A DNA stretch of 64,000 nucleotides from a virus. The notes beneath the pieces were generated by a model, which saw nothing but the letters and a program-made list of their open reading frames with translations, was not told the origin of the DNA and made no database searches. The position numbers and the translations under genes were made by a program. Positions 28,435-40,504 of the stretch are shown piece by piece. The stretch lies in the IMG/VR virus record IMGVR_UViG_3300024999_000040, positions 1 through 64,000 of that record. The stretch is one strand, 5' to 3'. The first letter of the stretch is position 1. Each line of letters begins with the position of its first letter.

Positions 28435-31400
28435 ATGGCTAACGACAACTCACAACTTTCCATATTATTACGTGCTAAATTGGATTCCGCACAAGAATCA
28501 TTAAAATCAATAAATTTAGAAATTGATAAGCTTTCTAAAAACCCTGCTTTAAGTAAGTTAAAATTAAAAATTGACATTGATACTAAAAGTGTTGAAGATT
28601 TATTATCTAAGATAAATAAATTACAAGCTGGATTTAATGGCTCTGGTGGTGGAACTGGTTCTAAACCTTTTATAGATGATAATTTAGTAACTGAAAAAAT
28701 TCAAAGAATCAATAATTCTCTTGAACGGTTAAAAATAAATAAAGATAAAGTTTTTGCTGATGTAGGAGTAATAGCAGAAGTTAACAGACTTAAAGAAATG
28801 GAAACTTCATTTAAAAAAGGTGAAGTTACTGCTAGACAATATGCATTACAAATGGATAATGTACGGACTAAAGTTGCTCAAGTTTCTGGTTCGTTTCAAA
28901 ACGTAAATAAAGATGGGTATTCATTTGTTCAAATGCTTGAACTTGCTGCAAAAAAAATAGCAATTTGGGGCTTGAGTACTCAATTGGTGTACGGAAGTTT
29001 CAAACAACTAAAACAGGGAATTTCTTACATTTCCGAATTATCGAATTTTCTCAACGAGATTCAAATTGTAACAAATAGAACTAGTTCTGAAGTTGATAAT
29101 CTAGCAAAAAGTTATAATAACCTTGCAAGAGAAATGAAAGTTACTACAAAAGAGATTGCAGGAGAAGCAGCAAATTTGTACAGACAAGGTTTGGATGATA
29201 CTCAGGTCGAAGAAAGAATGAAGGGTATTATTCAGTATGCGAAGATAAGCAGTATTTCTTTGGCTGATTCTAATAAAATTATAACTGCTACTGCTAATGC
29301 AACTGGACAGTCAATTCAAAAAATTATAGATATTTTTGCATTATTGGGAGATACTACCAGCTCAGGTGCAGATGAAATTGGTGAAGCCCTACAGAGAGTG
29401 GCTTCTGCTGCTGAAAATAGCAATCTATCTTTAGAGAAAACTTCAAGCTGGTTGGCAACAATTTCTAGTATTTCCAGAGAAAGTTCATCAACTATAGGAC
29501 GTTCTTTAAATAGCATTATTTCACGATATGAATCTATAAAAGCTAAAGGCTTTAATGAAGAAGACGCTACAAAAATTAATGATGTTACTAAAGCTCTTTC
29601 TGCAATTAAAATAAATCCCACAGTAAATGGACAATTACGTGATTTGGCTGAAGTTATGGATGAAGTAGGTTCTAAGTGGGATGGATTAACTAAAAATGAA
29701 AAGGCATATATAGCTACTACGATGGCGGGTTAACAAAAAAAGCCCTTTTATACAGTAATGTATATCAATAGTGAACCATATCGGTGAAAGTCTTAGCCGT
29801 AAAGGTCGGAAGATAACGCCGAGATAAGAAATATATAAATATAATGGAGGTAGAATGAGATGAAAAATACATCTTTGTTATCTAATCAATTAGAAATAAT
29901 ATTAGGTGGTCTTTTAGGGGATAGTTCAATTAGAAAAAATACTAATCAAATTAATTTTGGTCATTCAGAAAAACAGTTCGAATATTTAAGTTGGAAACAT
30001 AATGAATTAAAAAGCATAAGTACAAATATAACAAAAGTATTAGTAGATAATAAATATATACGATATAATTTTGAAACTTTAAAAAAAGTTAGTGAAGAAT
30101 TTAAATTTATATCATTATTAATATTTGATAAATTTGGTAAAAAAAGAGTTAATAGAAAATGGTTGAATCAATTAACTCCTTTATCTTTAGCTATATGGTG
30201 GATGGATGATGGTTGTTTATCAATACATAAAGGCAACAGATATGGTAAATTATGTACTCATTGCTTTTCATATGAAGAGCATGAAATAATGAAACAATAT
30301 TTTAAAGTTAAATGGGATATTGATATTCAAATTAAATTAGAAAAAAATGAATATTATTTTTGTAGATTAAATGTAGAAAATTTAAAAAAATTAATAAGTA
30401 TTATATACCCCTATATAATACTTATACCTAATATGATTTATAAAATTGATTTAAATTATATTAACAATGTTAATTTAGGAGATTTTGAAGTAATATATAA
30501 TATTATAAAAAATTCTAAATTAACATAATATATATTTCAATCTTAACGACTGAATGTTCACCTCCTATTTTATAGGATGAAGTCACAGTCTGAACATCTA
30601 TGGAAACATAGAGAGTTGAGGTCAAGTGTAAAGACACTTTTAAGAAGAACCTTAACCACCATATATTAATATGGTCAGTAAGCGAAAGCTGAAAGTAACA
30701 GAATGACATTCCAACGTAATAGATTTATAACCCTCATGAATAATTATGATGATTCTCTTAAAAATTATGAGAATGCTATGAATTCAGCAGGGACAGCTTC
30801 TCAGAAGTTCGCTATTTACCAAGATTCTGTTCAGGCAAAATTGGATGAAGTAACTGCATCATGGGAAGGATTTTGGCAAAATAGTATTAATTCTTCTGTA
30901 ATAAAAACAGTGTTAGAATTATTATCTCAATTAATAGATGGATTTGATAATGTCGGTAGAATAATATTAATTACTTCTGGAATATTTATTGCATTTAAAT
31001 CTAAGGCAATTATTGATTTTATTGTTGGTATTGCCGCCACTATAAAAGGGTTATTTACTTTTACGGCTGCTGCTAACGGTGCTGCCGTTGCTGCTTCTAC
31101 TTTTCAAAAAGCATTAGGTATATTTGGATTAATTACAACTGCCATTACTTTACTGGTTGTTGCTATTGATACACTATCAAATAAACAGGAAAATCTTAAT
31201 AAACAAATTCAAGAAAATATTAATAAATATCAACAACAAAAATCAGCTATAGATCAATTAATTTCATCATATAAACAAAATGCCGAATTAGCAAAAACAG
31301 ATGAAGATGCTAAAAATACTCTTTATGATATTCAAGCTGAATTAGTTACAATATTTGGAGAAAGTGCCAAAGCAATAGATTTAGAAAGTGGTGCTATTGA

Positions 31401-34140
31401 TGATAATATTGTCAAGATTAAAGAATTAAATAAAGTTAAATTACAAGAATTTTTAGATGCTAATAAAATAATTGCTGATGAAAATAAAAGAATATTGGCA
31501 GAGCAAAAGTTTGGCACGGCTAGTTTTGATGTTGGTACGTATGGTGCTTCTGTAGGAAAATTTATTACTAATGGTGATAATTTAACTCTTAAAGAATATA
31601 TAGATTCTTTAAAAAAATTAAGAAATGAGTTAAGTACTGGAGCATTACCTGATTATACAATTGATTCAATTAAAGGTGTTCAAAATTTAAACACAGAAAT
31701 TGACAAACAGGAAAAGAAATATAATGAACTAAATGGAATTATAGTTCAAGTTGATACAGCACAAAAACAATTAACTGGTTCAACTGAAAATACAGGTGAT
31801 GTAGTAGAAGATGCAGGAAATAAAATTCAAAAGTACACTCAAGACTTAGACGAACTAAATAAAGTTACCGATTCAGCACAATCCACCTTCAAAGATTTAT
31901 CCTCTATGTATGAACAGGTTAACGAAGGTCAAGAACTCAACAATGATCAAATGCTTGATTTAATTCAAAATTATCCTGTCGTTCTTAATTATATGGATTC
32001 TGAAGGTAATCTCCTAGTATCTCAAACAGATTTATTAAAGATTCTTTTTGAAGCCAAAAAAGCAGACCTTAAATTAACGCTTCAAACTGAGAAAGACAAA
32101 GCAGATGCAGTTATTAGAAGTTTAGAAGTTCAAAGAGATGCATATTTAGGGTTTTATAGTGCTATAGGAGCTACTTTAGGATATTCTGAAGAACAAGCAG
32201 CAACCATGTTTGGTTTTGATAAAGAATCGTATGATAAAGCAGTTGTGGCAGCTAAAGATGCACAGGCTAAAATTAATGCTTTAGATAAGTTGACTTTTAA
32301 GGATTATAGTGGTAAAAAAACTAGTTCTAGCGGTAAAGAAATAGATGCTAATCTCTCCCTTATCGAAAAGGACAGATATTCCCAACTAGAAGCCTCTCTA
32401 AATAAAACGGATGTTTTATTGGAAAAAAATAAAGCACTTCAAGCACTTCATGAAGATGATATTTCTTTAATGAAGGAGGAGCAACAACTTCTTAAACAGA
32501 AGCAAGATCAATTGCATCTCATAAATGAAGAACGCCGTAAAGAACGTGATGAACTTCAAAAATCTATGTCTTCTCAGGGGTTTAGTTTTAGTGGTACTGG
32601 GGACTCTACCTCTGTTGCAAATTACACAAATGTAATTAATAAACTTACTGATGATGTGAACAAACACAGAACCGATAAAGATAAAACTTATTACAATACT
32701 CTAAAACAACGTCTTGAAGATGCACAGAATAATTTTAAAAGATTTAATGAACTTCAGATTAATGAAATTCCTAAAGCATCTATTGAATGGTGGAATTTGC
32801 AAAAAGCTATAGGAGATGTTGATGCTCAGATTTTAGAGACAACTGAAAATCTTGCAGAAGAACGTCTTCAAAACTTAGCTGATGTTGAAAAACAACTTGT
32901 AGAAATTATCAAGCAAGGTGTTCAAGATAAGATTGACGTTTTAGAAAAAGAACATGATAAAGAAATGGAATTGCTTGAAGAACGTCATGATGCTCGTATT
33001 GAATCATATGAAGATGATTTAGATGAATTTGAGGATTACACTAATGAGAAATTAGGACTTCTTGAAGATCAATATGATGAAGAAGATTTTCTTAAAGAAC
33101 TTTCAAAGAAACGTAAAGAAGCTAATGAGATTCAGCAGAAAATAAATGAATTATCTCTTGATGATAGTCTTGAAGCTCGTACTAAAGTTGCTGAATTAGT
33201 AGAAGAATTAGCAGATAAAGAAACAGAAATTACTAAATTCAAAACTGATAGAGAACGTACATTAAGAAAAGATGGCTTATCTGATCAATTATCTGATTAT
33301 CAAAAATATATTCAAGAGTTGAAAGATAAAGAGAATGACAGATACGAAACTAAAAAAGATATTCTTGAAGATGAATATGAAGAAGATAAAACTCGTTTAA
33401 ACAAACAATTAGAAAATGAATCTTTATATGCTGAAGCCAGAAAATTATTAATGAATAGTACTTTGGAAGAAATTGCTGAAAAATTTGATTTGTTTTCAGA
33501 TAAATTTGGTGAAGGATTATCTGTTTTAGGAGATAAAATTCAAAACGAATTTATTGAAAAACTTAAAGATGCTTTAGCTTTAATTGAAGAAATGGGTGGA
33601 TTTGATATTGAAACTGGTACTTCTGGAAGTTCTTCAATTATAGATAAAATGAAACAAAATTCTGCTGCTTGGTTTGATGCTTCTGCTTCAGAAAAAGAAC
33701 GTCTTGCTAATGAAAATCTTGAATTGGGTACATCTCTAGGTTGGGTTCGTAAAGATGATGGGCATTGGTATAAACCAGATGGTACTAGAGCATATGCCAG
33801 TGGAACATTAAGTGCTAAAGCAGGATTAGCCAAAGTTAATGAACAAGGTACAGAACTTAGAGTTTTAAATTCTGGTGATGGTATTGTAAATGCTGGTTTG
33901 ACTAAGAATCTTATTGATTTTGCTAAAATTGCTCCTGATTTCTTGAATAATTTTAAGTTTCTTACTCCAAAATTACCTAATATATCAGGTGGTAATGGAA
34001 TGACAATTGATGCTTCTATTACAGTTGTTGGTAGTGTGGATAAGTCGTTTATGTCTCAATTGGAAAAATCTCAAAATAATCAACTCGATAAAATAATAAA
34101 GAGTGTAAGTAGGACTACTGTGGGTAGAGGGAGTTTTTAA
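28435..34140 (+). CDS. Tail tape-measure protein, two exons (28435-29730 and 30706-34140; about 1576 aa spliced)
   Basis: TP901-type tape-measure core; splicing joins ...TTMAG|TFQRNRFITLM... in frame; C-terminal YASGT motif. Confidence 0.85.
29731..30705 (+). mobile_element. Group I intron in the tape-measure gene
   Basis: Exon ends in U and intron ends in G; P3 GTGAAC/GTTCAC (29771/30556); P4 ATATCGGTGAAA with GCCGAGAT; P7 GACTG/CAGTC (30548/30586). Confidence 0.85.
29860..30528 (+). CDS. Intron-encoded LAGLIDADG homing endonuclease
   Basis: ILGGLLGDSS and LAIWWMDDG motifs (LAGLIDADG_2 type). Confidence 0.85.
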   Translation: MKNTSLLSNQLEIILGGLLGDSSIRKNTNQINFGHSEKQFEYLSWKHNELKSISTNITKVLVDNKYIRYNFETLKKVSEEFKFISLLIFDKFGKKRVNRKWLNQLTPLSLAIWWMDDGCLSIHKGNRYGKLCTHCFSYEEHEIMKQYFKVKWDIDIQIKLEKNEYYFCRLNVENLKKLISIIYPYIILIPNMIYKIDLNYINNVNLGDFEVIYNIIKNSKLT

Positions 34141-34195
34141 TTTAATTCCCTCTCTTCCCTATTTTAAATTTTAAAAAATTAATTCTTAAAAGAAA

Positions 34196-34993
34196 GTGAG
34201 GTGTGGTTCAATGTTTATTTCTACAAATTTCACATACGATAATTCTACAAGTGATGAGATGGGAGTTTGGCTAGTTAGAGTCGAAACAGGATTGGTAGAA
34301 CAAAATTTTGGTATTCCTAGAACCACTATAACAGAGAAAATTAAAGGTCGGAAAAGACCTTATTTATATGGTTTTACAGAGGAAGTTATTAAATTCAGTA
34401 TTACATTAGCAAAAAGTAATACCAATCATACTTGGACTCTTGCCGAAAAAAGATCAATCTGTACTTGGTTGTTTAAAAATTCATATAAAGATTTTGTCTC
34501 TGATGATGATATCGAAATTGTTTATAAATGCGTTGCTGTTGGTTCTCCGAAATTTTATACTAGTACAAATGAAGATGGATACTGCGTTGTGGATTTTGAG
34601 TGTGATGCACCTCATCCATGGAGTGCTTCGAATGTACAGACATTTGATTTGAGTAGTATTAGTTCTGCTACTACGATTCAGATTCAGAATTTAAGTAATA
34701 TAGATGATTATTATTATCCTGAGTTGGAATTCCAATTAAAAAGTACTGCAACTGCATTTAAACTTGTGAATAACAATGACGGTGGGAGAATATTCGAATT
34801 TACAGGACTTAATGCTTTGGAAACAGTTTATATAAATAATGAAACTAAACAAATTATCTCGGACTCGGGTAACTATAGGTATTCTGCGCTCACCGATAAA
34901 AGATTCTTTCGGCTCCCTTATGGTACATCAAATTGTGTAATTTCGTATCCTTGTATTATTACAGTTAGATCACAATTTCCGATAGCAAAGTAA
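34196..34993 (+). CDS. Distal tail protein (Dit)-like
   Basis: Follows the tape measure; FTYDN..S..MG, ICTWLF, FECDAPHPW, YYYPELE motifs. Confidence 0.7.
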   Translation: MRCGSMFISTNFTYDNSTSDEMGVWLVRVETGLVEQNFGIPRTTITEKIKGRKRPYLYGFTEEVIKFSITLAKSNTNHTWTLAEKRSICTWLFKNSYKDFVSDDDIEIVYKCVAVGSPKFYTSTNEDGYCVVDFECDAPHPWSASNVQTFDLSSISSATTIQIQNLSNIDDYYYPELEFQLKSTATAFKLVNNNDGGRIFEFTGLNALETVYINNETKQIISDSGNYRYSALTDKRFFRLPYGTSNCVISYPCIITVRSQFPIAK

Positions 34994-35101
34994 AAATTTT
35001 ATAGTTTTTGATTAATGATTATTTGGAAAAGAAAAAAAGTTTTAGGGATAGATTGAATTAGCTATTCAATTGAAAAGTGTCCTCCACTTCCCTTTTTATT
35101 T

Positions 35102-36259
35102 TTGTGGAGGATAAGAAGGAGGAAAATTATAATGGCTATAAAAAAATATACATTAGTTATTGCAAAAGAATATATTGAAAGTATTGGATTTACATTACTT
35201 AATTATGATGAAAAAACTACATATGCTATATTTATTGATAAAGAAGGTTATTTATATAAATCTCAAATTTATAAGTTAAAATCTAATAGGAGGCCAAGAT
35301 TTATAGATTCCAGAAATCCATTTGTAGTATACAATATAAAATTATGGTTATTAAATCATAGAAATAATTTAAGATTAGTTTCGGATTACAAAAATTGGAC
35401 AACAAAATTAGTTGTTAAAGATTATGAAGGGTATATATATTCTATTTTACCACAAGGAATAATAAGAAATTATATACCTAGAATTGTTGATATGGCAAAT
35501 GATTGTTCTATACAAAATTTAAAGTTATGGTTAATAAAAAATAATAAAAATTTTATTTTACTATCATCCGAATATAATGGGTGTGAAAATAAATTATTAT
35601 TTAAATGTATAAATGAAAATTGTAGGGAAAGTTTTTATATGAATTGGTTGGATATATCTCAAGGAAATGGTTGTCCTTTTTGTGCTGGCAAACAAGCTGG
35701 ATTATCAAATTGTTTAGCAACCAAAAGACCTGATTTAATATCAGAATGGCATTTAAGTCTCAACGGAGACTTAACACCATATGATGTAACTTGTGGGTGT
35801 AATAAGGATATAATATGGCAATGTGGTAATAATCTTAATCATATATGGAAGGCGAAAATATATAATAGAACACTTAGAAATGATGGATGTCCACAATGTA
35901 ATCAATCAAAAGGAGAGGTAAAAATAGAGGAAGTTTTAAACATAAATAAAATTTATAATATTTCTCAACATAAGTTTCTTGATTGTAAATATATTAATAG
36001 TTTGGAATTTGATTTTTTCTTACCTGATTATAATATAATTGTCGAATATCAAGGTAAGCATCACTATGAACCTGTAGATTTTGCTGGTAGAGGCATAGAG
36101 TGGGCTGAGGAACAATTTAAAGAGAATCAAATTAAAGATCAAATTAAAAGAGATTATTGTAAAAATAATGATATAAAACTTATTGAAATACCATATTGGG
36201 ATTTTGATAATATTGAAGAAATCTTAATCAAAGAATTAAATTTAGATAAAGTAAACTAA
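35102..36259 (+). CDS. Second zinc-ribbon/PD-(D/E)xK homing-type endonuclease (likely start ATG 35132)
   Basis: Shares GLSNCLAxKRPxLIxEWH...NGDLTPYDVTCG and IPYWDFDNIE with 5861..7237. Confidence 0.75.
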   Translation: MWRIRRRKIIMAIKKYTLVIAKEYIESIGFTLLNYDEKTTYAIFIDKEGYLYKSQIYKLKSNRRPRFIDSRNPFVVYNIKLWLLNHRNNLRLVSDYKNWTTKLVVKDYEGYIYSILPQGIIRNYIPRIVDMANDCSIQNLKLWLIKNNKNFILLSSEYNGCENKLLFKCINENCRESFYMNWLDISQGNGCPFCAGKQAGLSNCLATKRPDLISEWHLSLNGDLTPYDVTCGCNKDIIWQCGNNLNHIWKAKIYNRTLRNDGCPQCNQSKGEVKIEEVLNINKIYNISQHKFLDCKYINSLEFDFFLPDYNIIVEYQGKHHYEPVDFAGRGIEWAEEQFKENQIKDQIKRDYCKNNDIKLIEIPYWDFDNIEEILIKELNLDKVN

Positions 36260-36282
36260 TATAATAAAGAAGGTGATTACAA

Positions 36283-39153
36283 TTGTTAGTAGATGCTTTA
36301 ACTATCTACAAATTTCCTAGTCGTTATAGACTTTATTTATGCAAACCTAATAAGGAAATAATTTCCATATTAGAAGAAGCATACAACATAGTATATTCTC
36401 CAAACCTTGTAAATTGTGATGATTTAACATTCACAATTCCTTATCTTATTGATGGTGAAGTAAATCCTAATTTTGATTTAATTCGTGGACACTATTTAAT
36501 ATTTATGGAGCAAATTCTAGAAGAAGATAACACGGTATTACTTCAAAAATATTTCTTAATAATAAAACCTAACAAACAGGGTGACAATCAAGATATATTA
36601 GAAATTGAATGTAAATCATTAGAAAAACAACTTACTAAAATTTTAAGAAATTTTAAAGGTGTTAAGAAATTATACAGGACTTCTGCTGAAATTGCTGCAT
36701 ATGTAGCCTCAGAAACATATCCAACTTTACAATCATTTATAGAAAGCGGAATACTAAATGTAGTAATTTCACGTTGTCCTAGTTGGTCTATAGGAGATAT
36801 AGACACTGATTTGAATAATATATATAGAAATATTGATGTAGATTCTCAGGCAGTATTAGATTTTTTGCTTAATACATGTCAAAAATCATTTAATGCAATA
36901 TTTTTATTTGATACGATTAATAAGAGTATAAGTGTAAAAAAACTAAGTTCAGTAGGCATTAATAAAGGTCTTTTTATATCAGAAGAAAATTACATAAAAC
37001 AATTTGGTGAAAACGCTGATTTTTCTGAAATTTGTACGAGGCTCTACTGCTATGGTAAGGATTCACTTTCAATCAACGCAATCAATCCCACTGGAACCAG
37101 TTATATCCAAAGTTTCTCATATTATAAGTCAACAACGTATATGAGTCAAAGTTTAATAGATGCTTTAAACGCTTATGACACTTTATTAACTAGTAAAAAT
37201 ACAGAGTTCCAAACACTACTAACTAGTCTCAACACATATACATCTCAATTAGCTACAAAAAATGACGAGTTGGATGTGTTGGAGGCGGCTCTTACTGTAT
37301 TGAATGATACGAAGGATGGGTATATACAACAAGATAGTCAAGGTACTATTCCTACATACAGTGGTTCTACATCATATATAGTAGGTAATGTTGTAAAATA
37401 TAATAATTTATTTTACAAATGTATATTAGCATCTATAGGTAATTTACCAACAAATATAACATATTGGTCTTCCATCAATGCACAGATAACAGCAAAAGAG
37501 ACTGAGATAACGACTAAGAATACTGAAATAACTACAACTCAAGGCAATATTGACACTACTAATACAAGTATTACTACTTTGAGGAATACAATTTCATTGT
37601 CTAGTAATTTTACTGTTGCTCAAATTTCGGAACTTGATAATTTTGTGCATGAACGAGATTTTAATGACACAAATTACATTGACCCAACCGAATTGAGAGA
37701 TGCAGGTATAGAAGTATTAGCAAGAATCAATACTCCTCCAATCGAATTGAACCTTGAAATTGTGGATTTTTTGAATATTGTAGAATGCCAACAGGATTGG
37801 AATAAATTAAAAATTGGGGATATTATAAATATACAATACTCTAAATTTAACATGAATGTAGAATTGAGGCTCATAGGGTACGTTCACAATTGGGAGGAAA
37901 ACTCCCTTCAATTAACATTCAGCAACAAAAGTCGTTTAAACGATCCGAATATGATCTGGGAAGAGCTACTTCAGAATTCAGTAACCACATCTACATCCAT
38001 CGACATTAACAAATTCACTTACGGGCAGTATGTTGATTCTGGTGAGCAATCACAGTTATTATCTTACATCTCATCTGAATTAGACCTAGCAGCACAGAAA
38101 GCGAAAGCAGGAACGAATCAGAACATTGAGATAAGCAAGCGAGGGATTACGTTAACTAACACCACATCTGATTTGAGACAATTGAGGTTATTAAATGATT
38201 TGTTAGTATTTTCAACTGATGGTGGTCAGACAGTAAAACTTGCGATTTCGCCTGATGGGGTAGTAGCAGAAAATGTTTACGGAAAGTTAGGAGCATTTGC
38301 AACAGTAGTAGCAGACCAAATAGTTGTTGGTGACGCTGGAGAAAAAATTGCAGATGGTGTAATTAACAGTGCAACTACATGGAATAATAGTGTACAACGA
38401 GATACATATTATAATAGAGTAAAAATATCAACAACAGGTGGAATTCAAGTTTTTGACAATCAAGTTACTCCTGTAGAAAGAATACAAATTGGTAATTATG
38501 CTACTGATAAATATGGTATTAGAATTAAAAATGCTGCTGGAACTGCAACTGTGCTTGACCAAGATGGTATTATTCAATCATGGGGCGATAGTTATGCTGA
38601 TAATGTGGATGCTACTCATAAGCTAAAAGTTAAATTCTATGTTCCTACTGAAACATTATCAGTTAAAAAAGTATTGCTTAATTTTTCTCTTGAAGCATTC
38701 AGATCATATGAGACAGGTGCATCAAGTGGAGGAGGACAGACATCAAGCAGTGGAGGTAGTGGGACTTATAGCACCACTGATGAAACGGGTTTAGGCTATG
38801 GTGGATATACGGACAATGCATCAGCAACTTCACCGCATAATCACTGGTTTGATTTTTCCCTTTCTAATCATTCACATAATGTAACGCTATCCAGTCATTC
38901 ACATACTGTGTCAGACCATACCCATAACTTGACATTTGGCATATACGAGGGTACTTCCGCTACAGGTGTTAAGGTCTATGTTGACGGTACTTTAAGACTT
39001 GACAATGGTGGTGCAGGATATACAACGGATCAGGCAAGTCTTGATTTATCGTCATGGATTACAACGACTGGCTGGCACTACATAGAGCTTTCAAGCACAC
39101 AATTGGGTAGAATTAATTGCGCTTATTTTATGCAGGTATTTTTAGGAGTATAA
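36283..39153 (+). CDS. Tail tip/baseplate hub (Tal-like) protein
   Basis: LCKPNKE start, TRLYCYGKD, LKIGDII and coiled coil; follows Dit. Confidence 0.7.
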   Translation: MLVDALTIYKFPSRYRLYLCKPNKEIISILEEAYNIVYSPNLVNCDDLTFTIPYLIDGEVNPNFDLIRGHYLIFMEQILEEDNTVLLQKYFLIIKPNKQGDNQDILEIECKSLEKQLTKILRNFKGVKKLYRTSAEIAAYVASETYPTLQSFIESGILNVVISRCPSWSIGDIDTDLNNIYRNIDVDSQAVLDFLLNTCQKSFNAIFLFDTINKSISVKKLSSVGINKGLFISEENYIKQFGENADFSEICTRLYCYGKDSLSINAINPTGTSYIQSFSYYKSTTYMSQSLIDALNAYDTLLTSKNTEFQTLLTSLNTYTSQLATKNDELDVLEAALTVLNDTKDGYIQQDSQGTIPTYSGSTSYIVGNVVKYNNLFYKCILASIGNLPTNITYWSSINAQITAKETEITTKNTEITTTQGNIDTTNTSITTLRNTISLSSNFTVAQISELDNFVHERDFNDTNYIDPTELRDAGIEVLARINTPPIELNLEIVDFLNIVECQQDWNKLKIGDIINIQYSKFNMNVELRLIGYVHNWEENSLQLTFSNKSRLNDPNMIWEELLQNSVTTSTSIDINKFTYGQYVDSGEQSQLLSYISSELDLAAQKAKAGTNQNIEISKRGITLTNTTSDLRQLRLLNDLLVFSTDGGQTVKLAISPDGVVAENVYGKLGAFATVVADQIVVGDAGEKIADGVINSATTWNNSVQRDTYYNRVKISTTGGIQVFDNQVTPVERIQIGNYATDKYGIRIKNAAGTATVLDQDGIIQSWGDSYADNVDATHKLKVKFYVPTETLSVKKVLLNFSLEAFRSYETGASSGGGQTSSSGGSGTYSTTDETGLGYGGYTDNASATSPHNHWFDFSLSNHSHNVTLSSHSHTVSDHTHNLTFGIYEGTSATGVKVYVDGTLRLDNGGAGYTTDQASLDLSSWITTTGWHYIELSSTQLGRINCAYFMQVFLGV

Positions 39154-39522
39154 AAATTTGAAAAGCAGTTCAATGTTGATGAAATCGGTATAACCCCTGA
39201 TAATTACTTGAGTTTTGTCGTTGAGGTCAATATTGAGCTGCTTACCTTTAAAGGTTAATGCCAATTCGGTTATTATTGTTTTCCCGTTTTCGATGGAAGC
39301 TGATTCACTGACGGCAACATCGTATTTCTTTATGATAGTGTCCGTGCTTAAATAGGTATTTCCATCAGTATAAAGCAGTTCATAGCCATTGTCGTATATT
39401 TTAACGATACCATTACTACCCGTTTCAATTTCAAGCTCTTTGGTTTCTTCTTGGGCGAAAGCTCCAGTAAACATTGTAGTCATGATGGCGATTGTTAGAA
39501 TTAAACTTATGATTTTTTTCAT
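39142..39522 (-). CDS. Secreted protein with signal peptide (accessory/moron)
   Basis: MKKIISLIL...AFA signal sequence; RBS AAGGAAGG; convergent with the tail gene. Confidence 0.6.
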   Translation of the reverse strand: MKKIISLILTIAIMTTMFTGAFAQEETKELEIETGSNGIVKIYDNGYELLYTDGNTYLSTDTIIKKYDVAVSESASIENGKTIITELALTFKGKQLNIDLNDKTQVIIRGYTDFINIELLFKFLYS

Positions 39523-39831
39523 GGTATTTTACCTTCCTTTTTAAATAATTTATTTATGTAAGTATACGTTTGTATTTCGTATTTGTCTTACAATACCATT
39601 ATACTACTATGGGAAAAATTTGTAAAGGGTTTTAACAAAATAAATATAATATTTTTAAAAATTTATTTTATTGGTAAGATGAACTAAATATGTTGGGATA
39701 AATATAAAAGTAATTACTTCCTTATTATAGTAGTTTAGAAAACGTTACCATTTCATAACAAATATTTACATACTGTAAAACTATGATATACTATATATAA
39801 GAAATATTATAATATTCTGGAGGTATTTGTT

Positions 39832-40350
39832 ATGAAAAGAATTAAATGGTTTACTTTAGGTGTTGTTTTAATATTATCGATATCTTTATTACTTATCGGA
39901 TGTTCAGACATTGAAACTAATGCCACTTCTATAACTGAAACTATTGTTACCTCAATTCCTACTGCAACTCCCATACCAGAACCAGTTGGTTTTGAGAAGT
40001 TTATGAAGGATAATTCATTAACTTTAACAGCAAAAGATTTGCAATTTGATATGGTTAATAATCTTGATAAAGAATTTGGATTAGAAGGTTATGCTGAATT
40101 AGATGATTATTATAATTACGGATTTGATTCAGACATAGAGAAAGATTATTTTTGTATGAGAGTTGAACCTGTCGGTGGAAGGTTTTCTGATTCGTGGTAT
40201 ATTTATTGTCATCGTGATAGTTTTAAGAAATTGTTTCAAAAGTTAAAAGACCTTAATGTTGTTGAGGTTTATGTAAAATGTAAAATACCAAAAAGTATAT
40301 ATGAGGATAATCAAGGTAATATGGCTGAAGCTATGAGAATTGGCTATTAG
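39832..40350 (+). CDS. Lipoprotein
   Basis: Lipobox LIGC followed by a Thr/Pro linker; own TTTACA...TATACT-like promoter. Confidence 0.7.
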   Translation: MKRIKWFTLGVVLILSISLLLIGCSDIETNATSITETIVTSIPTATPIPEPVGFEKFMKDNSLTLTAKDLQFDMVNNLDKEFGLEGYAELDDYYNYGFDSDIEKDYFCMRVEPVGGRFSDSWYIYCHRDSFKKLFQKLKDLNVVEVYVKCKIPKSIYEDNQGNMAEAMRIGY

Positions 40351-40504
40351 AAAGAGAGATTTAATCTTTCTTTCTAAATATTTTAACAAAACAAATATAA
40401 TGACTCTTGACAATATTACGTTTTGTGTGGTATAATTAATTATGTTAAATTTTTAACCTCTATTCCCTATTTGAAATTTTAATACATATATAATATAATG
40501 GTGA

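Noticed and set aside
29731-29733. Stop-codon readthrough or recoding in the tape-measure gene
   Set aside because: Explained by the group I intron; other genes terminate normally at TAA, TAG and TGA.
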